From Clostridia bacterium (GTDB lineage Bacteria > Bacillota > Clostridia > Oscillospirales > SIG627), in the NCBI GenBank assembly GCA_017440805.1, contig JAFSGN010000016.1, positions 66,627 through 130,626 of the forward strand: a DNA stretch of 64,000 nt, given 5' to 3'. Of the stretch, positions 27,821 through 36,170 are shown in pieces. How positions within the stretch are numbered: the stretch's first letter is position 1; the number at the start of each line of letters is the position of its first letter. The translations under genes and the position numbers were made by a program. The notes under the pieces are model-generated. The model saw only the letters and a list, made by a program, of their open reading frames with translations. It had not been told where the DNA came from and made no database searches.

Positions 27821-27850
27821 TGCACAAATCACATCTTGTGATTTTGTGCA
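27821..27850. promoter_or_regulatory. 30-bp imperfect palindrome, candidate operator/activator site
   Basis: TGCACAAATCACA-tct-TGTGATTTTGTGCA. It carries the TTGTGCA heptamer in both orientations, and a further copy overlaps the -35 at 27769-27775. Confidence 0.45.
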
Positions 27851-27871
27851 TATTGTCTTTGGCAATGTATA

Positions 27872-27908
27872 CAAAAAAGGGGCTGCTGCATCTACAGCAG
27901 TCCCCTTT
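27872..27908 (-). terminator. rho-independent terminator after the solute-binding protein gene
   Basis: On the - strand, GGGGACTGCTG-TAGATG-CAGCAGCCCC followed by TTTTTT. Confidence 0.8.
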
Positions 27909-27918
27909 GGGTGATATA

Positions 27919-29373
27919 TTAAACCATATCCAGATATTTCTCAATTACGGAATTATATTGTTTAATTGCAGCACTTTCGTTCTTATCGTACTCGGATGCA
28001 AAGTTGGAATTACCGTTAGAAATCATTTCCATGAGAAGTTGTCCGATACCACCGTAAACAAATCCAAAGTCAAAGCTAAGTCCGCTACTTATAAGTTCAA
28101 TCATCTCTGCAGCACGCTCGTCGCCTCTGGCACCTTTGAGTTTAAGTTCGTTTTCGTAGTATGCGGGGATAACTTTCTTATAACTTCCTGCATTCAACGC
28201 CTCAATAATAATACTTGCAAATTCAGCATCTGCAGTTATCGGCACCGCCATAATGGAATGGTTTCCGTCTGCCATAGTATAATATCTTTCCTGCATCTCA
28301 TCATATTTGGGATAAGGTATCATACCAAATTCAAAGTCGTCGCTACGATGTCCTTCGGTGGACTCGAATCTTCCGTTCCAGAGGAATGCTCTGTTGTCGT
28401 GTATAGAACCGCCTGTTACACCCCATGTTCCTGCGAATGTACCTTTGTTTTCACGGAACAGTTCGTACAGTTTTTCAACAATGGCAACTGTTTTGGGTGT
28501 ATTATATGCAACCTGAGGTATACCGTCTTCGTCAAGTCTCATAATCGGATTGTCGAAGGAGTAGTTGTATGTATGAATGGAACTGTGCCAGTCAGACGCA
28601 AGACCGAACTGGTCTTCAGGGTCTTTTTCACCGTTACCGTTGATGTCATAATAGAACTTCTTAACAAGTTCGCTCATATAGTCTATTGTCCATCTTCCCT
28701 CTTCAACAACGGTATAAAGGTCTTCAACTTCGGGATACTTCTTTCCGATATCCGCATTGAAGAATACGCAATAGGTAAATCTGTATATTGTAAGGAGCAT
28801 ATCTCCCGCAATAAAGAAGGACTTACCTGCAACACTGATAGCATCGGTTGCGGATTTTATGTACCAGGGTTTATCGAGATTTACATATTCCAGTTCATCA
28901 ACTGCGTAGAATGTACCGTCGGTTGCGGTTGTACAGGTTTTTATAACCTGGTCAATACACAAATCGTAGGTAGGAAGACCTGCTCTTACTGTTTTCTTAA
29001 CATCATCACAGGGTGATGTGGAGTAGGTTGCTGTAATGTTAACATTGAACCGTTCTTCAACTTCTTTGTTACGCGCATAAATTGTGTTGGAAAGAACATC
29101 TTCAATTTGTTCAAGGCCTACACCGGTTTCCTGTTGTGAACCCAAACCGGAATCACGGGCAATAATATGAAACTCGCGTCCGCCGAATTTCATCTCAGGC
29201 AACTCGTCGTCCACAAGTTCACGCTCAGAGTAAACGGTATCATCTTTGGGACGCTCTACACGATTGCCGTTGTTTCCCAGTGAAGAGCCGACACCATTGG
29301 TATTACATGCTGTCATCAATACAGACATCAATGCAATTATTGCAATTAATGCAAAAGACAAAAACTTTTTCAT
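27919..29373 (-). CDS. ABC-transporter extracellular solute-binding lipoprotein (family 1, sugar type)
   Basis: MKKFLSFALIAIIALMSVLMTAC lipobox. Size (~484 aa) and composition are typical of Firmicutes oligosaccharide-binding proteins. The ATG at 29373 has a GGAGGG RBS. Confidence 0.8.
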   Translation of the reverse strand: MKKFLSFALIAIIALMSVLMTACNTNGVGSSLGNNGNRVERPKDDTVYSERELVDDELPEMKFGGREFHIIARDSGLGSQQETGVGLEQIEDVLSNTIYARNKEVEERFNVNITATYSTSPCDDVKKTVRAGLPTYDLCIDQVIKTCTTATDGTFYAVDELEYVNLDKPWYIKSATDAISVAGKSFFIAGDMLLTIYRFTYCVFFNADIGKKYPEVEDLYTVVEEGRWTIDYMSELVKKFYYDINGNGEKDPEDQFGLASDWHSSIHTYNYSFDNPIMRLDEDGIPQVAYNTPKTVAIVEKLYELFRENKGTFAGTWGVTGGSIHDNRAFLWNGRFESTEGHRSDDFEFGMIPYPKYDEMQERYYTMADGNHSIMAVPITADAEFASIIIEALNAGSYKKVIPAYYENELKLKGARGDERAAEMIELISSGLSFDFGFVYGGIGQLLMEMISNGNSNFASEYDKNESAAIKQYNSVIEKYLDMV

Positions 29374-29570
29374 ATTTCCCTCCAAGATATTTTTTATCTG
29401 TACTATTTTATCACAAAAAACAACTTTTTGCAATGTTATTTTTTGAATTTTTAATTTTTAATGCAGCAAAATGCTCATTTTTAGCATTATGTACAAATTG
29501 TCGGTCGCCAAATTATGCACTATGCCATTAACATTACACGAAAAAAGTAAAAATATTCCAAAGTATACTG

Positions 29571-30452
29571 CTACAACAACTGCTTGTATATTGTACTTTT
29601 TCCCACGCCTCTGTCGGAAGCCACTTTTTTTATTGCATCCATTCGCTCCATACCCTGAGAAAAATAATGTTCAAAATGCTGTTCCACACTCATATTGTCC
29701 CAGAAATTTGTTTTTTTCTCCGGCGATGCACCTTCTATAACAAGTACAAATTCTCCCTTGGGCTGATTGTCCGTGTAATACTCCAGTGCTTGGGAAATGG
29801 TTGTACGGCGGACCTCTTCGTTTATTTTTGTTATTTCTCTGCACAGAGATATTTTTCTGTCACCGAGAACTTCAAGCATAACCTGCAGAGTTTTGACAAG
29901 ATGGTGAGGTGCTTCATAGAAAATAAGTGTTCTCTCATCCTCTTTTACACTTTGCAGTCTTTCAAGCCTTTCTGCCTTTCCTGTAGACAGAAAACCTTCA
30001 AAAGAGAAACGCCCCGTAAACAATCCGGAAAGTGTCAGTGCACATATTGCAGCACAGGGACCGGGTATTGAAAATACCTCTATTCCCGCCTCTGCACACA
30101 GTTTTACAAGGTCTTCTCCGGGGTCGGAAATTGCAGGTGTTCCGGCATCGCTTACCAGTGCGGCAGACTGACCTTGGAAAAGTCTTTTTACTATTTCCTG
30201 TCCCCGTTCCCTTTTATTGTGTTCATAGTAACTCACCATTGGTTTCTTTATGCCCAGATGGATAAGGAGTTTTGCGGTATTGCGGGTATCCTCCGCCGCA
30301 ATAAAATCCACCTCTGCAAGAACTTTGGCGGCTCTGGGTGAAATGTCACTCAGATTACCTATGGGAGTGGAAACAAGGTAAAGGGAATTCTTTTTTATTT
30401 CATTTGCTATTTTCTTTCCCTCCAATCCGTCCGTTTTCGTATATGTATTCAA
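29571..30452 (-). CDS. rsmI: 16S rRNA (cytidine1402-2'-O)-methyltransferase
   Basis: LYLVSTPIGNLSDIS, AAEDTR and SDAGTPAISDPG motifs of the tetrapyrrole-methylase-fold RsmI. Confidence 0.9.
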   Translation of the reverse strand: MNTYTKTDGLEGKKIANEIKKNSLYLVSTPIGNLSDISPRAAKVLAEVDFIAAEDTRNTAKLLIHLGIKKPMVSYYEHNKRERGQEIVKRLFQGQSAALVSDAGTPAISDPGEDLVKLCAEAGIEVFSIPGPCAAICALTLSGLFTGRFSFEGFLSTGKAERLERLQSVKEDERTLIFYEAPHHLVKTLQVMLEVLGDRKISLCREITKINEEVRRTTISQALEYYTDNQPKGEFVLVIEGASPEKKTNFWDNMSVEQHFEHYFSQGMERMDAIKKVASDRGVGKSTIYKQLL

Positions 30453-31140
30453 GTTGTTCCGTCATAACGGCGTCACGGGTATACAATACAAGGGGTTTAT
30501 GTATTTTAAGTCCTCCGTCAAGACAGTCTTTTTTCGCTTTAATCAAAAACAGGTTGGGTGCTTTATCGCTATGCGACTGAACAAAAAGGATTTCTTTGGG
30601 TTCAAGCCTGTTTTTCTTAAGTGCAAATATCAAATCAGTCATTCTGTCGGGGCGGAATACCGCAAAAAAATTACCGCCGTTTTTCAGCATATAATTTGCC
30701 GCACGGCATATATCGTCAATGCCGCAAAACATTTCATGACGGCTTACAAGTTTTTTGATTTCTCCGTTTAACTTTCCGCTGTCATTTTTCATATAGGGCG
30801 GATTTGAAAAAACAAAGTCAAGCCCCTGAATATTATATTTTTCATGATTTGTGATATTATCACAGATTACTTCTATTTTTTCGCCGTATCCGCACATATC
30901 GGCATTTTTTCTTGCCAGGTCGGCGTAATCCTTTTGTATTTCAAAGGCATAAATTTTTCCGGGTTCTTTATGGTAATTCAGAAGTATCGGAATAATACCG
31001 CACCCTGTACCTATTTCAGCACCCGAATCACCCTTTTTAAAGTCGGTAAATGCCGAAAGAAGCACTGCATCGGTACCGTAACAAAACCCGTCTTTATACT
31101 GGTATACAGATAAATCCTTATTAATTTTATCAAGTCTCAT
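30400..31140 (-). CDS. SAM-dependent methyltransferase, tRNA (adenine37-N6) TrmN6/YfiC-like
   Basis: EIGTGCGIIP (SAM motif I) and FSNPPYMK (NPPY amino-methyltransferase motif). Confidence 0.75.
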   Translation of the reverse strand: MRLDKINKDLSVYQYKDGFCYGTDAVLLSAFTDFKKGDSGAEIGTGCGIIPILLNYHKEPGKIYAFEIQKDYADLARKNADMCGYGEKIEVICDNITNHEKYNIQGLDFVFSNPPYMKNDSGKLNGEIKKLVSRHEMFCGIDDICRAANYMLKNGGNFFAVFRPDRMTDLIFALKKNRLEPKEILFVQSHSDKAPNLFLIKAKKDCLDGGLKIHKPLVLYTRDAVMTEQLEYIYENGRIGGKENSK

Positions 31141-31153
31141 ATTCCTGCTAACA

Positions 31154-31183
31154 ATAAGAGATGTGACGCGTCACATCTCTTAT
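31154..31183. terminator. perfect 30-nt palindromic hairpin downstream of the ferredoxin gene
   Basis: ATAAGAGATGTGACG / CGTCACATCTCTTAT. The U-tract is weak, so terminator activity is uncertain. Confidence 0.4.
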
Positions 31184-31217
31184 CAACTCTGAATAAATTT
31201 AAATAACAACAGAATAA

Positions 31218-31388
31218 TTATTCTGCTTTGGGTGCATCAACAGGGCAAACATCTGCGCAAGAACCACAATCAGCACATGTATCTGCATTGATTACTATTT
31301 TACCGTCTTTTTCCTCGATGCAACCAACGGGGCATTCATCGATGCAAGCGCCGCAAGCGATGCACTCGTCAGTAATTTTATATGCCAT
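31218..31388 (-). CDS. 2x[4Fe-4S] ferredoxin (56 aa; absent from the ORF track)
   Basis: My translation of the - strand gives MAYKITDECIACGACIDECPVGCIEEKDGKIVINADTCADCGSCADVCPVDAPKAE. It has two CxxCxxCxxxCP clusters and an AGGAGG RBS. The + strand ORF 31228-31437 is its shadow. Confidence 0.85.
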   Translation of the reverse strand: MAYKITDECIACGACIDECPVGCIEEKDGKIVINADTCADCGSCADVCPVDAPKAE

Positions 31389-31481
31389 TAAAAACACCTC
31401 CTATTCATCTAATAGCATAATACCGCATACATGTTAACAAGGAATGTACGCAAAATTAATTTTTTTGTTATTTTCAATTTT

Positions 31482-31958
31482 TTAAAATATTATATTCTCG
31501 AACACTGCATTTATGGCTTCCGAAAGTTTTACCGGATTGAGTTTTAACTGCAGGCCTATTTTGCCTCCGCTTATATAAAATGTGTCCAGTTCTCCGGCAG
31601 AATCGTGTATGACGGTTTTAAACTGTTTTTTCATTCCTATGGGAGTACACCCTCCGCGGACATATCCGGTTACGGCGGTTATCTGCTTTACGGGAATAAG
31701 TTCGACAGACTTTTCCCCGACTGTTTTTGCTGCTTTTTTCAAATCAAGTTCCTGTGCAACGGGTATGACAAAAACATAATAGTTTTCACTTTTTCCCTGT
31801 GCCACAAGTGTTTTAAAAGTGCGTTCCGGCTCAATATTAAGTTTTGAAGCCATATCCACACCGTCTGTAAATTCATCGCATTCGTAACTTAACGCCTCGT
31901 ATACTATCTTTTTTGTTTCCAGAAAACGCATAGCATTTGTTTTTATTTCTTTTGCCAA
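31482..31958 (-). CDS. ybaK: Cys-tRNA(Pro)/Cys-tRNA(Cys) deacylase YbaK
   Basis: AKEIKTNAMRFLE...FKTLV...VTGYVRGGCTPIG is typical YbaK. The TTG at 31958 has a GAGGTG RBS. The longer track ORF adds a non-homologous hydrophobic extension. Confidence 0.8.
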   Translation of the reverse strand: MAKEIKTNAMRFLETKKIVYEALSYECDEFTDGVDMASKLNIEPERTFKTLVAQGKSENYYVFVIPVAQELDLKKAAKTVGEKSVELIPVKQITAVTGYVRGGCTPIGMKKQFKTVIHDSAGELDTFYISGGKIGLQLKLNPVKLSEAINAVFENIIF

Positions 31959-32109
31959 CTGATTCACCTCACGCACAAGATTATAATATATTTTTCCCGA
32001 AAATGCAATACCTGTTTTACAAATACTATTGACAAGCCATGATAAAACAGTATAATATAAGTGTAATTTCAATTGAAATCCATACATCTGAAAGATTAAG
32101 GAGAAAACT

Positions 32110-32526
32110 ATGAAACTATTTAAACAAGTCGGTCTTGGTTTTTTGATTTTACTTACTTGCATCACTGTATTTGCATGTAAAAAAGAAGGTGCAAAATCTG
32201 CAGTAATTGCTTTCCCTAAAGATGTTTCCGGCGGATATAACTGGGATACGCCCCAATTTGATGAGGAATATTTTTCTTTCTCATCCCAGCGTTCCTACAG
32301 CGAAAAGGTTCCCGGTCTCCCTGACACAACATATCACGAATGGACATTTATTCCAAAGAAACAGGGAATCACCGACATTGTTTTTGTTCAGTATGATTCC
32401 AGACAGGCACTTGAAGAAAAGACCGATCCCTTCAAGAAGATTACAGTAACCTATGAAATATACGACGACCTTACTGTCGCCGAAAAAAACAGAGTTGAAA
32501 TCAATTACAAGGAATTCATGGAATAG
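32110..32526 (+). CDS. lipoprotein, possible chagasin/I42-family protease inhibitor
   Basis: Lipobox ITVFAC. GGYNW and HEWTFIPKKQGITDIVFVQY resemble the I42 motifs (TTGYxW, ...F.F.a...G...l.f.Y). Confidence 0.45.
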   Translation: MKLFKQVGLGFLILLTCITVFACKKEGAKSAVIAFPKDVSGGYNWDTPQFDEEYFSFSSQRSYSEKVPGLPDTTYHEWTFIPKKQGITDIVFVQYDSRQALEEKTDPFKKITVTYEIYDDLTVAEKNRVEINYKEFME

Positions 32527-32534
32527 AAATGCAG

Positions 32535-32575
32535 AAAGCGGCATTGACTCATAAAGTTGATGCCGCTTTTGTTTT
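32535..32575 (+). terminator. rho-independent terminator
   Basis: AAAGCGGCAT / ATGCCGCTTT stem plus a T-run. Confidence 0.75.
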
Positions 32576-32689
32576 GCCCGGACTCTTGTCATCTGCAGGG
32601 GAAATTGCTTAATTTCTATTGACTAAAAACGGTTTTTACTGTATAATAAATATGATATAATAATACTATAGTGTAAAGGAGTACTAAAA

Positions 32690-33856
32690 ATGTCCGATGC
32701 TTATATAACACTGGGTGCTTCCGCAACAAAAAGCGAAGTACACAAAGCAATAAAAAATCAGGATAAAGGTGTCTTTCCGGGTGCATTCTGCAAACTTTGC
32801 GAAGATGCTGCAGGAGATAAAAATTACTGTTCTGTAATGCATGCAGACGGTGCAGGTACAAAATCATCTCTTGCTTACATTTACTACCGTGAAACAGGTG
32901 ATATGTCGGTATTCGGCGGTATTGCACAGGACTCTACCGTTATGAATCTTGACGACCTCTTATGTGTGGGAATAACCGACGGATTTATCATGAGTAACAC
33001 CATCGGCAGAAATGCCCACAGAATCAGCGGGGAAATAATAAGTACAGTAATTGAAGGCTATTCATCCTTCGTCGAGAAAATGCGTTCTTTCGGTGTGAAT
33101 ATTACCATGTCGGGCGGAGAAACCGCCGATGTAGGCGACCTTGTTTCGACACTTATTGTAGATTCTACATTTTTTGCCCGCATTCCCAAAGCAAAGGTTA
33201 TTGACTGTGCAAATATAAAACCCGGCAATGTTATTCTGGCTCTTGCCTCCTACGGCAAAGCAACCTATGAAAACGAATACAATTCAGGAATTTCCTCAAA
33301 CGGACTTACAGGTGCAAGACATCTTGTTTTATCGGGTGTTTACCGCGATAAATATCCCGAAAGTTTTTCCTCCACCATCGAGCAGGGAAAAGCATACAGC
33401 GGAAAATATCTGCTTACGGACAAACTCGAAGGTACAGATATAACAGTGGGAAAAGCACTTCTTTCCCCCACAAGAACCTATGCTCCAATTCTCAAGGAAC
33501 TTCTTGACAATCCCCAAAGCAATATATCTGGACTCATCCACTGTACCGGCGGTGCACAGGCAAAATGCAAAAACTTCGGTAACGGTCTGCGTTATGTCAA
33601 GGACAATCTTTTTGACACTCCCCCTCTTTTCCGTCTTATTGCGGAAAACAGCAATATAGGTGAGAAAGAAATGTATAATGTTTTCAATATGGGACACCGT
33701 ATGGAAATTTACTGCGATGAAAAAACCGCAAAACTCGCCTCGGAAATCGCATCAAAGTACAATGTGGATTCCAGAGTTATAGGATATGTCGAAAAATCAG
33801 CCGACCAGAACAACTCGGTAATAATAAAAAAAGACGGTAAAGAATTTATTTATTAA
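32690..33856 (+). CDS. AIR-synthase-related (PurM-like) protein
   Basis: HADGAGTKS and DDLLCVG motifs with a PurM-fold layout. About 388 aa, as in the AIR synthase-related family of anaerobes. Confidence 0.7.
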   Translation: MSDAYITLGASATKSEVHKAIKNQDKGVFPGAFCKLCEDAAGDKNYCSVMHADGAGTKSSLAYIYYRETGDMSVFGGIAQDSTVMNLDDLLCVGITDGFIMSNTIGRNAHRISGEIISTVIEGYSSFVEKMRSFGVNITMSGGETADVGDLVSTLIVDSTFFARIPKAKVIDCANIKPGNVILALASYGKATYENEYNSGISSNGLTGARHLVLSGVYRDKYPESFSSTIEQGKAYSGKYLLTDKLEGTDITVGKALLSPTRTYAPILKELLDNPQSNISGLIHCTGGAQAKCKNFGNGLRYVKDNLFDTPPLFRLIAENSNIGEKEMYNVFNMGHRMEIYCDEKTAKLASEIASKYNVDSRVIGYVEKSADQNNSVIIKKDGKEFIY

Positions 33857-33873
33857 GAAGAGAGTGTGGTAGT

Positions 33874-34812
33874 ATGTCAGCACCCCGTATTTTATGTATA
33901 GGCAGCGCCAATATGGACCTTGTTATGAAAATGGAAAGAGTCCCCGAAAGAGGCGAAACTCTCATAACAGGGCGTAACTATGAATTTATTCCCGGCGGAA
34001 AGGGTGCAAACACCGCTGTTGCCGCCGCAAGATTAGGTGCAGATACCTTTTTCTGTACCAGACTCGGCAATGATTCCAATGGAACCGTTCTTAAAAATGT
34101 ATACATGGAAGAAGGAATTTCACAGCGATTTATAAAAACCGACCGTGATAATCCCACCGGTATGGCAGGAATATTTCTGGAAAGCGACGGTTCAAACCGC
34201 ATAGTTGTATATCCGGGTGCCAACAACACTCTTACAACCGATGACCTTGAAGATGCCTTTTTATCCTATCCGGATGCACTTCTTATGCAATTTGAAATAC
34301 CCGAAAGCACTATAATAAAGGCATGCCGTATGGCACAGAAAAACGGTGTAAAGGTTTTTATAGATGCAGGTCCTGCAAGGTCGGATTTTCCTCTTAAGGA
34401 TTTGGGTAAACTTGAAATTTTCTCTCCCAATGAAACCGAAACACTTGCATATACGGGTATTTATCCCGACACTATGTCAAATGTAGTAAGTGCAACAGTA
34501 AAACTTTCGGTTCTTGCCAATGCGAAGTATTTTGTACTGAAGTTGGGAAACCGCGGAGCATATATTTATGACGGCGTTAATGCAGACATTATTCCGTCAT
34601 ACGAAGTTGATGCCGTTGACACCACCGCCGCGGGCGACGCTTTTACTGCCGCTCTGACTTACGAGTACACCAAAACATCCGATATAATACACTCTATTAA
34701 ATTTGCCAACGCCGTAGGTGCACTGACAGTTACAAAGATGGGTGCGTCTTCCTCTTTACCCACCTATGATGAAGTAATGAGTTTTGTTCATCACAGGCAA
34801 ATAAAACTATAA
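33874..34812 (+). CDS. rbsK: ribokinase (PfkB family)
   Basis: GGKGANTAVAAARLG and DTTAAGDAF signatures. Confidence 0.8.
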   Translation: MSAPRILCIGSANMDLVMKMERVPERGETLITGRNYEFIPGGKGANTAVAAARLGADTFFCTRLGNDSNGTVLKNVYMEEGISQRFIKTDRDNPTGMAGIFLESDGSNRIVVYPGANNTLTTDDLEDAFLSYPDALLMQFEIPESTIIKACRMAQKNGVKVFIDAGPARSDFPLKDLGKLEIFSPNETETLAYTGIYPDTMSNVVSATVKLSVLANAKYFVLKLGNRGAYIYDGVNADIIPSYEVDAVDTTAAGDAFTAALTYEYTKTSDIIHSIKFANAVGALTVTKMGASSSLPTYDEVMSFVHHRQIKL

Positions 34813-34814
34813 TT

Positions 34815-35312
34815 ATGAAAAATTTTTATCCCGATTATTATTTTGATGATATTTATTCAGCCACCCCGGAAATGTTCCTTGAAAGAGGAATCAAAGGTAT
34901 AATTTTTGATATCGACAACACCCTTGCCCCTTACGAAGAGGAATTACCTAACGACAAGATATGCAAATATCTTTCTGCACTTGATAAAGCAGGTTTCAGA
35001 ATTGCCTTTGTATCAAACAATCACAAGGAACGGGTTGAGAAATTCAACATTTTCGGATACTATGCCGACTACGATGCCGGAAAGCCCTCAAGACGCGCGA
35101 TATCACGGGCAATGCTTCATCTCGGGACAACTCCCGAAAATACTGCTTTTTGCGGCGACCAGATATTTACGGATATATATGCAGGTAAAAGACTGGGACT
35201 TTTCTGCGTTCTTGTAAAGCCGATAAAAGATAAAAAAACCTTGTTTTTCAAAGCAAAAAGAATGCTTGAAAAACCTATTCTCAACAGTTATTTAAAGAAA
35301 CGGAGGGGTTAG
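34815..35312 (+). CDS. YqeG-family HAD-IIIA phosphatase
   Basis: FDIDNTL motif I, VSNN motif II, GDQIFTD motif IV. Confidence 0.85.
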   Translation: MKNFYPDYYFDDIYSATPEMFLERGIKGIIFDIDNTLAPYEEELPNDKICKYLSALDKAGFRIAFVSNNHKERVEKFNIFGYYADYDAGKPSRRAISRAMLHLGTTPENTAFCGDQIFTDIYAGKRLGLFCVLVKPIKDKKTLFFKAKRMLEKPILNSYLKKRRG

Positions 35313-35313
35313 T

Positions 35314-36168
35314 ATCAGCGTAAAATTCGGACCGGGCGGTAACTCTGTTGAGTTCAGTGCCGCAAAACATAAAAAAACTTCCGAAATACCCAAATGGGTT
35401 TCCGAATACGGACTTGACGCCTACGAATACGAGGCAGGTCGCGGTGTCAACGCCTCTATGGAAAGTTTTATTGCTCTTGGAAACGAGGCAAAAAAATATA
35501 ACATAAGCCTTTCTTTTCATGCCCCTTATTTTATATCACTTTCGGGTATGGAATACGAAACACGCATGAAAAGTGTTGGATATATTCTTCAAAGTCTTGC
35601 GGCTTCCTATGCCATGGGCGCAAATATAATTGTGGTGCATAGCGGAAGTGCAGGAAAATTGCCCAGGGAAAATGCTATGGCTCTTGCCCGCGACACACTT
35701 GAACATGTTGTCGCTGCAGTAAGTGATACGCCCTACGGAAACATTTCCATAGGTCTTGAAACTATGGGTAAAAAAAATCAACTGGGAACACTTGAAGAAG
35801 TAACAGAACTTTGCAAAGTAAATAAAATATTCCGTCCCGTTGTTGATTTCGGACATATAAACGCCTTTAATCTCGGTGAAGCATTCAAAACCACAGACGA
35901 TTATATACGGGTTTTTGATACAATCGGTTCAGCACTCGGCGATGAATATGCCGACTCGTTGCACTGCCATTTTTCAAAAATAATGTATACCGCCGGCGGT
36001 GAAAAAAAGCATCTGGACTTTGACGACAGTGAGTACGGTCCTCCCTATGAGCCGCTTATGGAAGCGATACACAAACTGGGTGTATCCCCCACCATAATCT
36101 GTGAGTCCTGCGACTATATGGACAGAGATGCGTTGAGAATGAAAAAATACTACGATAATATAAAATAA
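35314..36168 (+). CDS. TIM-barrel protein, endonuclease IV/xylose-isomerase-like fold
   Basis: Family-typical N-terminus ISVKFGPGGNS...YE..GRG lies upstream of the first ATG (35458). No in-frame ATG/GTG/TTG exists there. ATC at 35314 sits 5 nt after a GGAGGGG RBS. The conservative alternative is 35458-36168. Confidence 0.65.
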   Translation: MSVKFGPGGNSVEFSAAKHKKTSEIPKWVSEYGLDAYEYEAGRGVNASMESFIALGNEAKKYNISLSFHAPYFISLSGMEYETRMKSVGYILQSLAASYAMGANIIVVHSGSAGKLPRENAMALARDTLEHVVAAVSDTPYGNISIGLETMGKKNQLGTLEEVTELCKVNKIFRPVVDFGHINAFNLGEAFKTTDDYIRVFDTIGSALGDEYADSLHCHFSKIMYTAGGEKKHLDFDDSEYGPPYEPLMEAIHKLGVSPTIICESCDYMDRDALRMKKYYDNIK

Positions 36169-36170
36169 TT

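Noticed and set aside
27769-29016. 415-aa ORF on the + strand
   Set aside because: It lies entirely antisense to the solute-binding protein gene. It is Cys/Phe/Ile-rich with no RBS and no recognisable domain, so it is the shadow of a well-supported gene.
31959-32165. N-terminal 69-aa extension of the ybaK ORF (track start 32165)
   Set aside because: The extension is hydrophobic, non-homologous and overlaps the divergent lipoprotein gene. YbaK homology begins at AKEIKTNAMR, which is served by the TTG at 31958 with a GAGGTG RBS.
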